Part shown: in pieces, positions 21,908 to 24,420 of the stretch
How positions within the stretch are numbered: the first letter of the stretch is position 1
Layout of the letters: each line of letters opens with the position of its first letter
Source of the DNA: a virus
Taxonomy: Duplodnaviria; Caudoviricetes
IMG/VR virus record: IMGVR_UViG_3300037722_000917
Span: 1 to 24,420 of that record
DNA: 24,420 nucleotides
Strand: one strand, 5' to 3'
Translations under genes and position numbers: made by a program
Notes under the pieces: generated by a model
Seen by the model: only the letters and a program-made list of their open reading frames with translations
The model's database searches: none
What the model was told of the DNA's origin: nothing

Positions 21908-23361
21908 CGAAGATTCCGAAGCCCGTTGCTGTCAAGGCAATGACGTCAGAGGTCTCCACCGCTCTGCAGCCGGAGACGAAGACCAAGAAGCTGTCGACCG
22001 GTCAGCAGATCGCCCGCATGATGCAGCTCTTGCAGCGGCTTCCTCGTGAGCGGGCAACGGAAGACCTCTTCCGAGAAATCTGTGATTGGGCCGGGCAGCT
22101 GCCGGAGGACAAGCGTCCGGACGCTCTGAGCTCTGCTCTGTCCCAAGCGTTCGGGAAGGGGATTGAGGAGATCGATCTCGTTTTGAAGTCGACGGATCGA
22201 CGAGTGGAGTTTGACTCCTTGGTTCCAACCAGCGGGTGGATCCACGAGTACATCGAGTGGACGAGGAAGACCGAACCTCCGACCGTGTTCCACTTCTTCG
22301 TCGCCTGCGTGACGATCGGAGCGGCGCTTGCCCGGAACGTGTTCTTCGACAAGGGCGCGTATCAGGTCTTCCCAAACCTCTGCGTGATGATCATCGCTCC
22401 GACGGGGAGGTGTCGGAAGACCAGTGCGTGCAACATCGGCACGGGCCTTTACACCAAAGTCGGTGGGACCATCATCGCGGATAAGGCCACGCCGGAGGCG
22501 CTCGTCGACGCGTTGAAGGACTCGGCGAACGCCACAGGTCTGATCTACGCTCCGGAGCTTGCGGTCTTCCTCGGGAAGCAGAAGTACCAGGAAGGGATGA
22601 TTCCGCTGTTGACAAGCCTCCTCGACTGTCCGAAGGAGTGGACGTCGAAGACTCTCGGTCGTGGTGAAACCACTCTGACGAACGTCGCGTTGAGCGCTCT
22701 CATGTGCTCCACAATCGACTGGTTGCAAACCGACGTCCCAAAGGCGGTCTTCGGGGGTGGCTTCATGTCCCGCTTCCTCTTCGTTGTCCAGGAGAGCACC
22801 TCACGTAGCTTCCCTCTCCCTCCTCCTCTGGATCCAGAAGTCCGAAAAAAGCTGACCACTCAGCTCGGGAACTTCCGTCTGAAGAAGGGAGGGTTCACCC
22901 TCACGGAGGCAGCCTACACGTGGTACGTCCGCTGGTACAACACCCGGCCTTCCCTTCAAGGGGACAAGCAGTACGCAGGGTACTACGAACGGAAACCCGA
23001 TCACATCATCCGCCTTGCCATGGTCATGCATATTGCGTCGCATCCAACCGCGAAGCAGTTCAGCCTGGACGTGCCTGACCTCATCCACGCAGACAAAGTC
23101 CTCTCATGGATGGAGAACTGGCTCCCATCTACCTTCGACGAGATGACGGCCAATTCCGTTGGAGAGGATCAATCCCGGATCCTCCGCCATCTGAAGGTTG
23201 CCGGTGGGACCGTGGAGCACTCAATCCTCCTCCGGAAGAACTCCTCGAAGATGAACGCTGATCAATTTAAGCGTGCCCTCGCGACGCTCCGCGAAGCAAA
23301 GCTCGTCGAATGGGACGCGACAAACCGCTCATACACGTTGACGGCTGAAGGCTGGATGTGA
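21904..23361 (+). CDS. DUF3987-like P-loop ATPase / replicative helicase with C-terminal winged helix
   Basis: EPPTVFH, PNL, APTGRCRKTS Walker A variant, TPEAL, GGGFMSRFLFV. Confidence 0.8.
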   Translation: MTKIPKPVAVKAMTSEVSTALQPETKTKKLSTGQQIARMMQLLQRLPRERATEDLFREICDWAGQLPEDKRPDALSSALSQAFGKGIEEIDLVLKSTDRRVEFDSLVPTSGWIHEYIEWTRKTEPPTVFHFFVACVTIGAALARNVFFDKGAYQVFPNLCVMIIAPTGRCRKTSACNIGTGLYTKVGGTIIADKATPEALVDALKDSANATGLIYAPELAVFLGKQKYQEGMIPLLTSLLDCPKEWTSKTLGRGETTLTNVALSALMCSTIDWLQTDVPKAVFGGGFMSRFLFVVQESTSRSFPLPPPLDPEVRKKLTTQLGNFRLKKGGFTLTEAAYTWYVRWYNTRPSLQGDKQYAGYYERKPDHIIRLAMVMHIASHPTAKQFSLDVPDLIHADKVLSWMENWLPSTFDEMTANSVGEDQSRILRHLKVAGGTVEHSILLRKNSSKMNADQFKRALATLREAKLVEWDATNRSYTLTAEGWM

Positions 23362-23543
23362 TGAAGGACGATGAGACGGATCCTCCCATCCACATTCCGA
23401 CGCTCGTCGTGCCTGAAGAACACCGAGTTCTCCTCTACGACCACCGAGGCAGACCACTTGTCCGTCGAGCAGGTTTCACCGGACGGCTTGAACCGTCCCT
23501 GGATCTCGAAGCGCGGATCGCATATAATGGAGCTACGAAATGA
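23361..23543 (+). CDS. Hypothetical protein (60 aa)
   Basis: Overlap-coupled to both neighbours. Confidence 0.5.
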   Translation: MKDDETDPPIHIPTLVVPEEHRVLLYDHRGRPLVRRAGFTGRLEPSLDLEARIAYNGATK

Positions 23544-23980
23544 TCGACTGGACACCTGTCGCGCAACGACTCGGATACGACACCGAGTGGGCCATGTGGA
23601 ATGATCTCTACGTCACACGAGCCCTCTCGATCACCCAACTTGCGAAGAAGCTGGACGTCTCCCGAAATACCGTTCGATCAGCCCTCGACCGGTTACAGAT
23701 TGACATCCGTCGGCGAGGCGGACCCAACAACCAGAAGCTCGAGATCACAGATGAATTGATCGAAGAAGTGAAGAAGGACGGGGTCGCCGCCGTCGCGAAG
23801 AAACTGGGGCTCCCCTACTCCACCCTCTACAAGCGGCTCTACCGCGTCAAGGGGTTGACCGTCGGGGATCTGCATCCGGAGGAACCGGAACCGGCACAGG
23901 TCGAAGCCTCTGATCCGACGTCGGAGGGTGATTCTCTCGAAGATGAGATAGAATCTCCAGATGAGGAGGAAGATGCATGA
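23540..23980 (+). CDS. Tandem helix-turn-helix protein with acidic tail
   Basis: SITQLAKKLDVSRNTVRSAL and VAAVAKKLGLPYSTLYKRL. Confidence 0.8.
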   Translation: MIDWTPVAQRLGYDTEWAMWNDLYVTRALSITQLAKKLDVSRNTVRSALDRLQIDIRRRGGPNNQKLEITDELIEEVKKDGVAAVAKKLGLPYSTLYKRLYRVKGLTVGDLHPEEPEPAQVEASDPTSEGDSLEDEIESPDEEEDA

Positions 23981-24420
23981 GTCCGACTTTCTCGTTCGAG
24001 TCGAAGAGTTCTCCCGGGACGTTCTATACAACGACCGTCCATGAGGACGGGCACCTGACCTGCGATTGCAAGGGGTTCACCTACTGCCGGTCGCAACCGC
24101 GGAGTTGCACGCATACGAAGCAGGTGACCGCAGGGAAGACCCCTCCGGCTCCATCCGCAGAGGGAGGACCCCTTTCCCCGATGCTCGCGTCGGCGATGCC
24201 GGAGACGAAGGGCATCGAAGACTACTCTCCTGACGACTGGGTCCTCGAGGAGAAGTATGACGGTCACCGCCTGATTGTCAAGGTGCGTCCTCTTGGCATC
24301 ATCGAGGCATGGAGCAGGGTCGGGAACCGCCGCGAGCTGCCAGAACACCTCTTCCTCGAGCTCACGAACCTGCCTGTCGGAACGTACGACGGTGAGCTTG
24401 TGGTCCCAGGCGGAACATCC
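23977..24420 (+). CDS. ATP-dependent DNA ligase with N-terminal SWIM zinc finger (truncated by the window end)
   Basis: Manual translation: TCDCKGF...SCTHTK (SWIM), PMLA, EEKYDGHR (motif I), WSR, YDGEL (motif III); absent from the ORF track because there is no stop in the window. Confidence 0.9.
   Translation, partial: MSPTFSFESKSSPGTFYTTTVHEDGHLTCDCKGFTYCRSQPRSCTHTKQVTAGKTPPAPSAEGGPLSPMLASAMPETKGIEDYSPDDWVLEEKYDGHRLIVKVRPLGIIEAWSRVGNRRELPEHLFLELTNLPVGTYDGELVVPGGTS

Noticed and set aside
13388-24348. Numerous 150-260 aa minus-strand ORFs
   Set aside because: Antisense shadows of well-supported plus-strand genes, as expected with high GC3

Overview
This is a GC-rich segment of a dsDNA bacteriophage (or phage-like element) genome. 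All credible genes lie on the + strand and are tightly packed with ATGA/GTGA overlaps. About 0.4-6.6 kb holds small 'early' genes with sigma70-like promoters, two of which share a 35-bp motif. This part also has a ~400-nt non-coding RNA cluster: a tRNA-like mini-element, a stem element, an atypical tRNA-Phe(GAA), and a 175-nt rod-shaped RNA resembling 6S RNA. From 7 to 24.4 kb is a DNA metabolism region. It includes a recombination module (Cas4-like exonuclease, Sak4-like ATPase, DUF669 SSB) interrupted by a DUF559 endonuclease, and a ~190-nt structured, pseudoknotted intergenic RNA. It also has nucleotide-pool enzymes (DUF5664, HAD, DUF3310, MazG-like, ThyX, HGPRT) and a complete but dispersed preQ0 pathway (folE, queD, queE, queC) with a TGT/DpdA-like protein. 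The replication genes are a UDG-PolA fusion with altered conserved motifs, a minimal AEP-like protein, a DUF3987 ATPase/helicase and the start of a SWIM-finger ATP-dependent ligase. The best leads are a phage-encoded 6S-like RNA, a 7-deazaguanine DNA-modification system coupled to a purine phosphoribosyltransferase and dNTP-pool enzymes, and the structured RNA ahead of that operon. All family calls come from motif recognition by eye; no database searches were run.
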